Origin: Pseudomonadota bacterium
GTDB taxonomy: Bacteria; Bdellovibrionota; FAC87; UBA2466
Assembly: GCA_043718025.1 (NCBI GenBank)
Contig: JAYSWN010000188.1
Span: forward strand, 25,094-89,093
DNA: 64,000 bases
Direction: 5' to 3'
Shown here one piece after another: positions 32,219 to 41,904 of this stretch. Positions within the stretch are counted from its first letter, which is position 1; every line of letters starts with the position of its first letter. A program made the position numbers and the translations under genes. The notes beneath the pieces were generated by a model. It did not search any database and had not been told where the DNA came from. It saw only the letters and a program-made list of their open reading frames with translations.

Positions 32219-34642
32219 CTAGTGCGTCGCGGGCAATGGCTTATCGGTAATTACGTCGGCCACAATCCCCGGTTCAACCACCGGCACTACCTCGCCAGGC
32301 TTTACAAAGATTTCGTCCGCGACCAACGCTTCGCGCAGCACTTGATCCATGTGACTTACCGCCGTTACTTTTACAACCTTGAGAATATTTTTGGGAATAT
32401 CTCGTAGGTCCTTTAAGTTGTCCTTCGGTATTAGCACGTGGGTAATGCCGCCGCGGTAAGCGGCAAACAGTTTTTCCTTTAGCCCGCCAATGGGAAGCGC
32501 GTTTCCGCGAAGGGTAATTTCACCCGTCATCGCCACATCTTTACTCACTGGCTTTCCCGTCAACGCGCTTACTAGTGCGGTTGCCATGGTGATACCGGCG
32601 GAAGGGCCGTCTTTAGGAATAGCCCCTTCGGGGACGTGAATGTGGATGTCGATTTTCTGGTAAAAGTCGGGAGCCAATCCCAGCAAACTGGCACGTGACC
32701 GCACGTAGCTCATTGCGGCCTGTGCCGATTCTTGCATCACATCACCAAGTTTTCCGGTGACGGTAAGTTTCCCCTTACCGGGCACATGAATCACTTCGAT
32801 GCTTAGCATGTCGCCACCCGTTTCGGTGTACGCCAAACCATTTGCCAATCCGACCTCAGAACTTGCCTCGCGCTGCTGGTACCGATAGCGATGCGGCCCA
32901 AGCAAGACTTGAAGCTTCTTTGGTGAGATGACTGCTCTGGATTTCTTATCGGTTTTACGGGCAAATTTGCGAGCCGTCTTACGGCAAACCGCGGCAATTT
33001 CCCGTTCCAAATTACGAACCCCGGCTTCGCGCGTGTAGTGGCGAATCAGGCTTTCTAGGGTTGGAATGCCTATCTCAATTTTCTTTTCATTGAGACCGTG
33101 ACGCTCTACCTGCTTGGGAACCAAGTGGCGCACCGCGATCTGCACCTTTTCTTCTTCGGTGTAGCCGCTCAGGTGTATCACCTCTAAACGGTCTAACAAC
33201 GCCCATGGAATGGTGTGTTGAGAATTAGCCGTTGTGATAAACATCGCGTGCGAAAGATCGTATTCGACCTCAAGGTAGTGATCTGAAAAATATTTATTTT
33301 GCTCCGGGTCCAACACTTCGAGCAGAGCCGCGCTTGGATCACCACGGAAGTCGTTGCTCATCTTATCGATTTCATCGAGCAAAATCACCGGGTTTACCGT
33401 CTCGGCCTTTTTCATGCCCTGAATCAACTTGCCAGGAAGTGCGCCAATATAGGTACGGCGATGACCACGAATCTCCGCTTCGTCCCGCACTCCACCGAGC
33501 GAAATCTTTACAAAATTGCGGTTGATGCTGCGAGCAATCGAGCGCGCCAACGAAGTTTTACCGACGCCGGGAGGGCCAACCAAACAGAGAATGGGCCCTT
33601 GCGAACGCTGCACCAAGCTTTGAACAGCTAGGTGTTCGAGAATCCGCTCTTTTACCAACTGTAAGCCGAAATGATCGGTATCGAGCACTTTCTCTGCAGC
33701 ATCCACATCAATGCGCTCTTCGTTTCTCTCTGACCAAGGCAGGCTTACCATCCAATCAAGGTAGTTACGCACTACGGTGGCTTCAGCTGACATCGGCGAC
33801 ATCATCTTGAGCTTCTTAAGCTCGGTGCGGGCTTTTTTGGCGGCCTCTTCGGGCATCCGCTTTCGCTTGATGGCTTTTTCGATTTCAAATAGCTCGTTCT
33901 TGAACTCGTCACGTTCGCCGAGCTCTTTCTGAATCGCCGACATCTGCTCGTTTAGGTAATACTCCTTCTGCGAGCGTTCCATCTGTTTCTTTACGCGGCT
34001 GCGAATCTTTTTTTCAACCTGAAGAATTTCAATTTCGCCTTCAAGCAGGCCCACCAAACGCTCTAAACGTATGCAAGCGTCAGTGAGTTCAAGAAGCTTT
34101 TGTTTCTCTTCAACCTTGATATTGAGATGCGGCACAATTGTGTCAGAAAGTTTAGCCGGATCTTCGATGGCCAACACCGACATCAAGAGTTCAGGTGGAA
34201 TTCTTTTATTTAGCTTAACGTAAGATTCAAACGTGGTTTTGATGCTGCGGTTATAGGCCGAGGCTTCCACTTCCGAGCGCACGGTCTCTTCCAAAGGTTC
34301 GCCTTCGACGCGAAAGATGCTGTCCTTTTCAAGGTAGTTCACGATGCGCACTCGCTGCACACCTTCAACTAAAACTTTCAGCGTACCGTCCGGTAGTCGG
34401 AGTAGCTGAATTATATTGGCCAGCGTGCCAATCGAAAAAATGTCTTTTTCTTCGGGATTATTGTTCTGCGCTTTCTTTTGCGCAGACAAAATAATCTGCT
34501 TCCGGTTTCCCATCGCCTCTTCCAGCGCGCGAATGGATTTCTCACGGCCCACGAATAGGGGCACCACCATGTGCGGAAACACAATGATGTCACGGAGGGG
34601 CAGCAGACAGTACGACTGGGGCTCTACGGACTTCTTCGTCAT
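32219..34642 (-). CDS. lon: Lon protease (start revised to ATG 34642)
   Basis: [34 protein letters not shown] (catalytic Ser), PIGGLKEK; AAGGAG SD. Confidence 0.98.
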   Translation of the reverse strand: MTKKSVEPQSYCLLPLRDIIVFPHMVVPLFVGREKSIRALEEAMGNRKQIILSAQKKAQNNNPEEKDIFSIGTLANIIQLLRLPDGTLKVLVEGVQRVRIVNYLEKDSIFRVEGEPLEETVRSEVEASAYNRSIKTTFESYVKLNKRIPPELLMSVLAIEDPAKLSDTIVPHLNIKVEEKQKLLELTDACIRLERLVGLLEGEIEILQVEKKIRSRVKKQMERSQKEYYLNEQMSAIQKELGERDEFKNELFEIEKAIKRKRMPEEAAKKARTELKKLKMMSPMSAEATVVRNYLDWMVSLPWSERNEERIDVDAAEKVLDTDHFGLQLVKERILEHLAVQSLVQRSQGPILCLVGPPGVGKTSLARSIARSINRNFVKISLGGVRDEAEIRGHRRTYIGALPGKLIQGMKKAETVNPVILLDEIDKMSNDFRGDPSAALLEVLDPEQNKYFSDHYLEVEYDLSHAMFITTANSQHTIPWALLDRLEVIHLSGYTEEEKVQIAVRHLVPKQVERHGLNEKKIEIGIPTLESLIRHYTREAGVRNLEREIAAVCRKTARKFARKTDKKSRAVISPKKLQVLLGPHRYRYQQREASSEVGLANGLAYTETGGDMLSIEVIHVPGKGKLTVTGKLGDVMQESAQAAMSYVRSRASLLGLAPDFYQKIDIHIHVPEGAIPKDGPSAGITMATALVSALTGKPVSKDVAMTGEITLRGNALPIGGLKEKLFAAYRGGITHVLIPKDNLKDLRDIPKNILKVVKVTAVSHMDQVLREALVADEIFVKPGEVVPVVEPGIVADVITDKPLPATH

Positions 34643-34835
34643 TGCAAGGCTCCTTGAGGTGGGTGGGGCCAACGTCCAACGAACAGACCATCTTCATTAT
34701 AACTACTTTCCAAATATTAATCACACGAAGTGAGCGCGCGAAGCGTCGAATGTTAACGCGCAGGGTTTGACTTCGGACGCGCGATCAAAACGAGCAGCGA
34801 TTGGCTTCTCTGAATTGGTAGTGCCTTAGCCAAAT

Positions 34836-34866
34836 AAAAAGGGCGCTCCCTCCGGAGCGCCCTTTT
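34836..34866. terminator. Intrinsic terminator after clpX
   Basis: AAAAA-GGGCGCTCC-CTCC-GGAGCGCCC-TTTT. Confidence 0.85.
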
Positions 34867-34892
34867 CAAAGAAAGCTTACTGACTAAAGCTA

Positions 34893-36209
34893 CTAAGCGT
34901 TTTCCGCCTTTTTAGTGTAGCCCGGAGGAGTAGCGGCCGCGGCGGCCTCTTCGGTAGCCGCACCAAACACCAACTCTGGCTTGCCCTTCTTATTAATTAC
35001 ATCCTCATTGATGATGCACTCTTTGAGGTTAGGAATTGATGGCAGCTCATACATGATGTCTAACATTGAATTTTCGAGAATCGACCGCAAACCGCGGGCA
35101 CCGGTCTTAGACCGAAGTGCGTCACGCGCCACGGCGTTCAAAGCCGCTTCGGTGAAGGTCAACTTAACATTCTCGTACTCAAACAGCTTTTGGTACTGCT
35201 TCATGATCGCATTTTTGGGCTCGGTGAGAATCTTGATAAGAGACTTCTCATCCAGCTCATCTAAGGTTGCGATTACCGGCAAACGACCAATGAATTCCGG
35301 AATCATGCCGAAACGCAAAAGATCTTCAGGCTGTACGCGATGAAGCGGATTTTCTTTCTTTTTATCGGTAGCCGTTTTCACGTCCGCGCCAATACCCATG
35401 CTGCGTTTTTGTCCACGAGCCTCCACAATTTTATCCAAGCCGACGAAAGCGCCGCCGCAGATAAAAAGAATGTTCGTAGTATCCACCTGCAAAAACTCTT
35501 GCTGCGGATGCTTACGGCCACCTTTAGGGGGAACGTTGGCACGGGTGCCTTCAAATATTTTTAAAAGCGCCTGCTGTACGCCTTCACCCGAAACGTCTCG
35601 GGTAATCGAAGGGTTTTCCCCTTTACGTGCAATCTTGTCGATTTCGTCGATGTAGACGATACCCTTTTGCGTTTTCTCAATGTCGTAGTCGGCGTTTTGC
35701 AGCAAGTAGAGGATGATATTTTCCACATCCTCGCCCACGTAACCGGCTTCGGTCAGCGTGGTGGCGTCTACGATAGTAAACGGCACTTTCAGCACCCGCG
35801 CCAGGGTTTGCGCAAGCAGCGTTTTTCCGCTACCCGTTGGGCCAACCAAAAGAATGTTGCTCTTCTGCAGCTCAACTTCTTTGGTTTCGCTGGCACCCGG
35901 CAAGCGGCCGCCGCCAATTCGTTTGTAATGATTATGAACGGCAACGGACAAAGTTTTTTTGGCTCTGTCTTGGCCAATTACAAAATCATCTAAAACGATT
36001 TTGATTTCTGTGGGCTTGGGGATCTTCGTAGTTCCCGTCTTTACATCCTCTTTTTCCGCCTCTTCCGCGATGATGTCGTTGCACAGTTCAATGCACTCAT
36101 CGCAAATGTGGACGGTTGGGCCAGCGATCAGTTTTTTCACTTCTCGTTGGCTTTTTCCACAGAAGCTGCAGACCAGATTTCCGAAACTATCGCTATCTCT
36201 CCGGCTCAT
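34893..36209 (-). CDS. clpX: ATP-dependent Clp protease ATP-binding subunit
   Basis: [15 protein letters not shown]...ICDEC zinc finger, [27 protein letters not shown]. Confidence 0.98.
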   Translation of the reverse strand: MSRRDSDSFGNLVCSFCGKSQREVKKLIAGPTVHICDECIELCNDIIAEEAEKEDVKTGTTKIPKPTEIKIVLDDFVIGQDRAKKTLSVAVHNHYKRIGGGRLPGASETKEVELQKSNILLVGPTGSGKTLLAQTLARVLKVPFTIVDATTLTEAGYVGEDVENIILYLLQNADYDIEKTQKGIVYIDEIDKIARKGENPSITRDVSGEGVQQALLKIFEGTRANVPPKGGRKHPQQEFLQVDTTNILFICGGAFVGLDKIVEARGQKRSMGIGADVKTATDKKKENPLHRVQPEDLLRFGMIPEFIGRLPVIATLDELDEKSLIKILTEPKNAIMKQYQKLFEYENVKLTFTEAALNAVARDALRSKTGARGLRSILENSMLDIMYELPSIPNLKECIINEDVINKKGKPELVFGAATEEAAAAATPPGYTKKAENA

Positions 36210-36242
36210 GGGAGCCCGCCTTTCTAATAGATGTCTTCTCTA

Positions 36243-36875
36243 TCAACCTTTTTCCTTGTCAGCTTTCTTTCCCCGCTCCGTAATCACGTGATCAACGAGG
36301 CCATAAATTTTGGCCTCTTCAGAAGACATGTAGCGATCTCGGTCGGTGTCGCTTTCAACTTTGGCGAACGCCTGACCCGTATGCCTAACCAAAATGTGAT
36401 TCAACTTTTCACGTAACAATAAAATCTGCCGGGCCTGAATCTGAATGTCAGACGCTTGCCCCTGAGCCCCACCCAATGGTTGGTGGATCATGATCTGAGA
36501 ATGCGGAAGTGAGTAACGCTTACCCTTGGTACCCGCGGTAAGCAGCAAAGCGCCCATGCTGGCGGCAAGGCCAGTGCAGTAAGTGCAAATATCGGGTTTT
36601 ACGTACTGCATCATGTCGTAAATTCCTAAACCGGCAGAAACACTTCCGCCCGGGGAATTAATGTAGAGATGAATATCAGCTTCTGGATCTTCAGATTCTA
36701 AAAAGAGCAATTGCGCCACGATTAGGTTAGCGATGGCGTCGTCCACCTGAGAACCCAAAAAGATAATGCGCTCTTTTAAAAGGCGCGAATAGATATCGTA
36801 GCTGCGCTCGCCACGAGCCGTCTGTTCAACGACCATCGGAACTAAGTAATTCTGCACATCAAGCGGATTCTTCAA
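36243..36875 (-). CDS. clpP: Clp protease proteolytic subunit (start revised to TTG 36875)
   Basis: [45 protein letters not shown]; GGAGG SD before the TTG. Confidence 0.97.
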   Translation of the reverse strand: MKNPLDVQNYLVPMVVEQTARGERSYDIYSRLLKERIIFLGSQVDDAIANLIVAQLLFLESEDPEADIHLYINSPGGSVSAGLGIYDMMQYVKPDICTYCTGLAASMGALLLTAGTKGKRYSLPHSQIMIHQPLGGAQGQASDIQIQARQILLLREKLNHILVRHTGQAFAKVESDTDRDRYMSSEEAKIYGLVDHVITERGKKADKEKG

Positions 36876-37037
36876 CGGAGTGCCTCCAAAGTAGTATCGG
36901 GTGGCTACGAACAGTGGCGGGACGTAAGTCGGCCACTTGCGCAACCTCCCACGTCCTATTTAACTCAACTTAAGGCATTAATACAAGCAGCCGCGCCCCA
37001 TTTAACCGTAAGCGATATATTGGAAATTATGGATTTT

Positions 37038-38360
37038 TTATACTGAAGGGCCGGCAGCCATCACTTTAGCGTTCTGCGTCAAGTATTCAAACACCTTCTC
37101 GGTCAACAGTTCGTCGCGAATCTCGGCCATGGCACCGCGCTCTTCTAACAGTTTCATGGTTTCTGAAAAAGGGCGCTTAATCTCTTCTGAAAGCGCCTGA
37201 ACCTTGAGTTCGAGCTCTTCGTCACTGACCAAAAAACCCTGTTTGGTGGCAATTTCACTCAAAAGTAGTGAACCACGGGCGATCTGTTCGGCTCGGGTTT
37301 GCAAAGACTTTTTATCCTCGTCTTTCAAACCCTCGGGCTGCCGCCCCATCCGTTTGTACTCTTCAGCCAGCCGCGAAATCATCTTGTACTTCTCGCGTTC
37401 AACCAGAGTGGCTGGCGCTTCAAATGAATGCTCTTTAACCAAATAATCGATGATCTGATTGCGGTAAGAGCTTTTCTGCTCGTCCTTTTTCATCGCTTCG
37501 ATATTCTGAACCAGATCGCTTTTCAAAGTGTCGGCGGTGGCACCTGGTTTAATCTGCGCGGCTAAGGCGTCATCAAAGGCGGGCATGACCCGCTTTTTGA
37601 CTTCGAGCACCCGAAACTTAAACTTTGCCAACTTGCCCTTCATTTCAGGGTTGTTGTGCTCTTCGTCGTATTTAGTTTCTACCGTGGCCCATTCGCCGCC
37701 CACTTTGGCTTTTTGGATCGCTTCGTCGAGCGCGGGCAGCAGACGATTCATTCCCACTTCAACCGTTACGGTTTCGGGGGCACCCACTTTGTTTTCTTTA
37801 CCTTCGATCTCAGTCTCTATTTCAATTACGGCGTAAGACTCCTTAGGTGCTTTTTCAACCTCTAGCGGTTCCATGGTGGCAAAACGCTCGCTCAAATTCT
37901 TAATGGTTTCCGCAATCTCTTTTTCTGAAGCCTTAATCGAGTATTCCTTTAGCGGAATGCCTTCGATCTTTTTCAGCTTAATTTCAGGGCGCACGTCAAA
38001 CTCAGCCTGAAAATCAAAAGGGGTCAGATCGCCATGGTTGCGCTCGGCAACCTTGGTTAAACGAGGCTGGCTAAGGGGTTCCAAGTTGTTATGGGCTATG
38101 GCGTGATCAAGCCCCTCACGAATCAAAGTGGTAATGGCGTCTTTTTGAATGTCGTCTTTGTACTTCTCGGTAACCAGTTTGATCGGTGCCTTGCCCGGGC
38201 GAAAACCCGGAATCTGTGCCTGTCGGTGGTAGCGCTGGGCCGCCTTTTTCTCGTACTCTTGAACACTTTCTAAAGGATATTCAACAGTTAGACGAACACG
38301 GGTAGGGCTAACCCGATCTACTTTTACGTTCTGGGTATGCGAACAGTTTTCATGGCTCAT
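37038..38360 (-). CDS. tig: Trigger factor
   Basis: IPGFRPGKAP ribosome-binding signature; canonical position upstream of clpP. Confidence 0.93.
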   Translation of the reverse strand: MSHENCSHTQNVKVDRVSPTRVRLTVEYPLESVQEYEKKAAQRYHRQAQIPGFRPGKAPIKLVTEKYKDDIQKDAITTLIREGLDHAIAHNNLEPLSQPRLTKVAERNHGDLTPFDFQAEFDVRPEIKLKKIEGIPLKEYSIKASEKEIAETIKNLSERFATMEPLEVEKAPKESYAVIEIETEIEGKENKVGAPETVTVEVGMNRLLPALDEAIQKAKVGGEWATVETKYDEEHNNPEMKGKLAKFKFRVLEVKKRVMPAFDDALAAQIKPGATADTLKSDLVQNIEAMKKDEQKSSYRNQIIDYLVKEHSFEAPATLVEREKYKMISRLAEEYKRMGRQPEGLKDEDKKSLQTRAEQIARGSLLLSEIATKQGFLVSDEELELKVQALSEEIKRPFSETMKLLEERGAMAEIRDELLTEKVFEYLTQNAKVMAAGPSV

Positions 38361-38552
38361 AATATTTTTCCGAAAAAGTAAGCGAAAGCGCTTGAAAGTG
38401 AGTGGGAAATAACACGCCGAGACGCCCTGTGTCCAGGCGTATGGGAGGGTTTTCAGGCAACAAAAAAGCGGGTTTACGCCCTTTTCAACCTAACTCTAAC
38501 CAGGTGACCTGCAGCGTAGATTTCTAATGGTAAGACAAAGTCCTATAGCGAA

Positions 38553-39101
38553 TTATGCTTGAATGGCCTCGGGCGGCTTGCCCCACGACAAAATGAAGAG
38601 AATACAAACGCCTAATACAATGCAGGAGTCGGCCACGTTGAAGGCTGGCCAGTGGTAGAACTCTTTCCAATGAAAATCCAAAAAGTCGATCACGAAGCCA
38701 AAACGCAATCGATCGATTAAATTCCCAACCGCGCCCGCCAGCACCAAGCTGAGTGAGGCCGCCATAAGCCGCTGCTCGTCCCTTAGCCGAATAAAGATAA
38801 TGAGTATGACTGCCATCGCAACCAGCGGCACAATGATGAAAAAGGGTTCGCGAAACGCAACCGGAGCCCGGTTCAAAAAACCGAAGGCCGCGCCGGTGTT
38901 GCGTACGTAGGTGAGAGAAAAAAAGTTTTGCACGATGGGTCGGCTTTCGCCCCACTGAAAATTTTTATGCACCACATTCTTAGTCCACTGATCGGCGATG
39001 ATTATAACCACGCAGATCACCACAAGCATGAGGTACTTTTTTTTCTTCAATTCAGAGACCACTAATTGTGTCGTATTCATCGTTGCTGTTTCTACCTTCA
39101 T
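38553..39101 (-). CDS. lspA: Lipoprotein signal peptidase II (canonical copy)
   Basis: DQWTK, RNTGAAFG, GAVGNLIDR, VIDF, WPAFNVAD. Confidence 0.95.
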   Translation of the reverse strand: MKVETATMNTTQLVVSELKKKKYLMLVVICVVIIIADQWTKNVVHKNFQWGESRPIVQNFFSLTYVRNTGAAFGFLNRAPVAFREPFFIIVPLVAMAVILIIFIRLRDEQRLMAASLSLVLAGAVGNLIDRLRFGFVIDFLDFHWKEFYHWPAFNVADSCIVLGVCILFILSWGKPPEAIQA

Positions 39102-39595
39102 GCGTCGTGTCGGCCGGGTTTGGGATCGAAGAACAGGGTAAAAGATAACAGGAGAATTCCTAACAGAATAGAGAGATCGGCCACGTTAAACTTGGGATGG
39201 ACCGCAGTAAAAGGCAGATAAACCTTGAAGACGTCGATTACATAGCCCTGTCGAATCCGATCGATCAAATTTGAAATTGCCCCGGTCACAATCGTAGCTA
39301 AGGCAATTGAGGTTAGTATCAGTCCATCTTGTAACTTCACAAAAATAAGGACGATAAGCACCAGCGCGAAGATCGGGATGCCGATGAAAAAGAGCTCTTG
39401 AATGGGGCTCGGGGCCTCGGTGAGTACGCCGAAGCCCAAGCCAAAGTTTTGAAAATAGGTGACCGAAAGCAGATTACCAATGATTGGCTGCTCATCGCCC
39501 AACACCAGCCGGGTACGAATCCACAGTTTGGTCCACTGGTCTAGGCAGAACAAAAGTCCGCAAATTGACAACAGACGTACGGTTTTTTCCTTCAC
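39098..39595 (-). CDS. lspA: Lipoprotein signal peptidase II (divergent paralog)
   Basis: DQWTK, QNFGLGFG, GAISNLIDR, VIDV, PKFNVAD; ATGA overlap with the downstream copy. Confidence 0.88.
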   Translation of the reverse strand: MKEKTVRLLSICGLLFCLDQWTKLWIRTRLVLGDEQPIIGNLLSVTYFQNFGLGFGVLTEAPSPIQELFFIGIPIFALVLIVLIFVKLQDGLILTSIALATIVTGAISNLIDRIRQGYVIDVFKVYLPFTAVHPKFNVADLSILLGILLLSFTLFFDPKPGRHDA

Positions 39596-39623
39596 CCAGT
39601 TAGTTTAAGGCCTAACCAGCCGC

Positions 39624-40937
39624 TTAGCCACTCATCGAGTCTAAGAAGGCTTTGTTGTTCTTGGCCGACATGATCTTATCGAGCAAGAACTCCATGCTAT
39701 CGATTACGTTCATGGGCTGAAGCACTTTTCGCAAAATCCAGATGCGATTGAGAACATCTTTGTCGAGCAACAGCTCTTCGCGACGAGTGCCCGACTTATT
39801 GATGTCGATACAGGGGAAGATGCGCTTTTCCATGAGTTTACGATCAAGGGTAACCTCAAGGTTACCCGTTCCTTTAAACTCTTCGAAAATCACTTCGTCC
39901 ATGCGGCTACCGGTATCGATAAGTGCGGTGGCCAGAATGGTTAAGCTGCCGCCGTTTTCGATATTACGGGCCGCGCCGAAGAAACGCTTTGGTTTATGAA
40001 GGGCGTTAGAATCAACGCCGCCCGACAAGATCTTACCGCTGGGAGGCACGACCGTGTTGTAGGCACGAGCCAAGCGAGTGATGCTGTCGAGCAGAATCAC
40101 TACGTCTTTTTTGTGCTCGACCAGGCGCTTCGCCTTTTCAATCACCATCTCAGCAACCTGCACATGGCGGGTAGCTGGCTCATCGAATGTGGAGCTGATG
40201 ACCTCGCCATCAACGTTACGCTCCATGTCGGTGACCTCTTCAGGCCGTTCATCGATAAGCAGCACAATCAAAACCACTTCAGGATGATTATGGGTGATCG
40301 CGTTAGCGATCTCTTGCATCAACATGGTTTTACCGGCCCGAGGAGGGGCAACGATCAAACCACGTTGCCCTTTTCCAATTGGGGTCAATAAATCAATGAT
40401 TCGAGTTGAATACTTTTTGGGGTCGTACTCCAGATTAAACCGGGTGTGCGGATAAAGCGGGGTTAAGTTGTCGAAAAGAATCTTTTCGCGGGCAACTTCA
40501 GGATCTTCGAAGTTAACCTTTTCCACTTTAAGCAGCGCAAAATAACGCTCTGAATCTTTTGGAGGCCGAATTTGGCCTTCTACGGTGTCGCCGGTGCGCA
40601 GCATAAAGCGGCGAATTTGCGAGGGCGACACATAAATATCGTCGGGACCCGGCAGGTAGTTATAATCGGGAGCTCTTAAAAAACCGAAACCGTCTGGCAA
40701 CGTCTCAAGAACGCCTTCGCCATAAATTTGGCCGTTGGCTTCCGTTTGCGCCTGCAACAGCGCAAAGATGAGCTCTTGTCGTCGGAGGCCGCCGGGCGAC
40801 TCCACTCCGAGTGACTTCGCAAGCTCCGTGAGCTCAGAAATCGGTTTAGTTTTCAACTCCTTCAGATGCATCGTGATGACGTCTGGGGAAGTGTTAACGG
40901 ATTCTTCTTGGTCTTCTTTAGTTCGTTTTGTGGGCAT
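39624..40937 (-). CDS. rho: Transcription termination factor Rho
   Basis: [59 protein letters not shown]. Confidence 0.98.
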   Translation of the reverse strand: MPTKRTKEDQEESVNTSPDVITMHLKELKTKPISELTELAKSLGVESPGGLRRQELIFALLQAQTEANGQIYGEGVLETLPDGFGFLRAPDYNYLPGPDDIYVSPSQIRRFMLRTGDTVEGQIRPPKDSERYFALLKVEKVNFEDPEVAREKILFDNLTPLYPHTRFNLEYDPKKYSTRIIDLLTPIGKGQRGLIVAPPRAGKTMLMQEIANAITHNHPEVVLIVLLIDERPEEVTDMERNVDGEVISSTFDEPATRHVQVAEMVIEKAKRLVEHKKDVVILLDSITRLARAYNTVVPPSGKILSGGVDSNALHKPKRFFGAARNIENGGSLTILATALIDTGSRMDEVIFEEFKGTGNLEVTLDRKLMEKRIFPCIDINKSGTRREELLLDKDVLNRIWILRKVLQPMNVIDSMEFLLDKIMSAKNNKAFLDSMSG

Positions 40938-41112
40938 GGATTGCTTTCAGAAACCTACCGGACTGGCGGGCCAACTTATCCTTAAACGTGTTTCGTATTC
41001 CTGTTGCCTAACCGCCAAAGAATTTGCGGGGTCTGTTTATCGAGGCTCGATAAAGTTCATCGTGTTGTGGAAGTCCTCGAGTGCCGAAAATACTTGGGGT
41101 AAAAGCGTGGTG

Positions 41113-41142
41113 ACGTTAACGCTACGCCGTGTAGCGTGTCAA
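41113..41142 (-). promoter_or_regulatory. Candidate sigma70 promoter of rho with a palindromic spacer
   Basis: TTGACA-N18-TAACGT; the spacer contains ACGCTAC-N5-GTAGCGT. Confidence 0.6.
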
Positions 41143-41160
41143 TTATTATTGGTCTTTTAT

Positions 41161-41187
41161 CGGCGGGCCGAACGGATCGGCCCGCCG
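41161..41187. terminator. GC-rich 11-bp hairpin after csp, with no U-tract on the coding strand
   Basis: CGGCGGGCCGA-ACGGA-TCGGCCCGCCG. Confidence 0.5.
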
Positions 41188-41198
41188 CAAATTCAAAA

Positions 41199-41411
41199 CT
41201 ATGCGTTTCCTTTAATCTTTTTGACCCTAGTGGCCTGGGGTCCCTTGGGTCCGCTGGTCATGTCGAATTCGACTTCCATGCCCTCGGTTAGCGATTTGAA
41301 ACCCTCGCCTTCAATGGCTGAAAAGTGAACGAAGACATCTGCGCCACCCTCCTGCTCGATGAAGCCGTACCCTTTGTTATCGTTAAACCATTTTACGAAC
41401 CCAGTTGCCAT
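41199..41411 (-). CDS. csp: Cold-shock protein (CspA family)
   Basis: [15 protein letters not shown] (RNP1), DVFVHFSAI (RNP2); 70 aa. Confidence 0.97.
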   Translation of the reverse strand: MATGFVKWFNDNKGYGFIEQEGGADVFVHFSAIEGEGFKSLTEGMEVEFDMTSGPKGPQATRVKKIKGNA

Positions 41412-41729
41412 TGTTCCCCCTAATGAACACCCACACGAACCCCCGGACGCGCCAAATCGGGCACGCCCTTCCCTTCGGTGGAAAATCCTAAGGTTCCCCC
41501 CGGTTTAATTTATTAGAATGATCGGAATGGATAGACGTACTGATTCCCGAAACCACAAATAAAAAATCCTGGAAGGACCCCCCAAAAAACACCCAACCTT
41601 GGCGCCACTCCCCCGAGGGAACTACGAAATCCTACGTTTGGTGGCCTGCCCCCACGGCAGACCGCGTAAACCCCGTAACCCGTTCCACTCTATGGCTTAT
41701 CGCCCCGATCAGGTTAAACCCAAGAATCG

Positions 41730-41795
41730 ATAATTCCGAAGGGGTAACACCCTGTCAAGGTGCGAAATTGACAAGGAATGTCAGCGATTTATAAT
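41730..41795. promoter_or_regulatory. Back-to-back divergent sigma70 promoters (csp and ftsK)
   Basis: Plus strand: TTGACA(41768)-N16-TATAAT(41790). Minus strand: TTGACA(41758-41753)-N17-AATTAT. Confidence 0.7.
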
Positions 41796-41904
41796 AGTAA
41801 TGGTCGTCTCATTTCATTCCCGAACTCCACTCACAGCTGTATTCGAATACGCGTCTTTGCCCGGAGATTTGTTAACGAATTTTTTTTTCAAAGGAATAGC
41901 CCCC

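Noticed and set aside
34643-34835. CIRCE heat-shock operator upstream of lon
   Set aside because: No TTAGCACTC-N9-GAGTGCTAA was seen; only a plausible TATAAT is present.
40735-41328. 197-aa plus-strand ORF and other antisense ORFs (for example 51997-52542, 58059-58655, 134-508)
   Set aside because: These are shadow frames of well-supported genes, with no motifs or start signals of their own.
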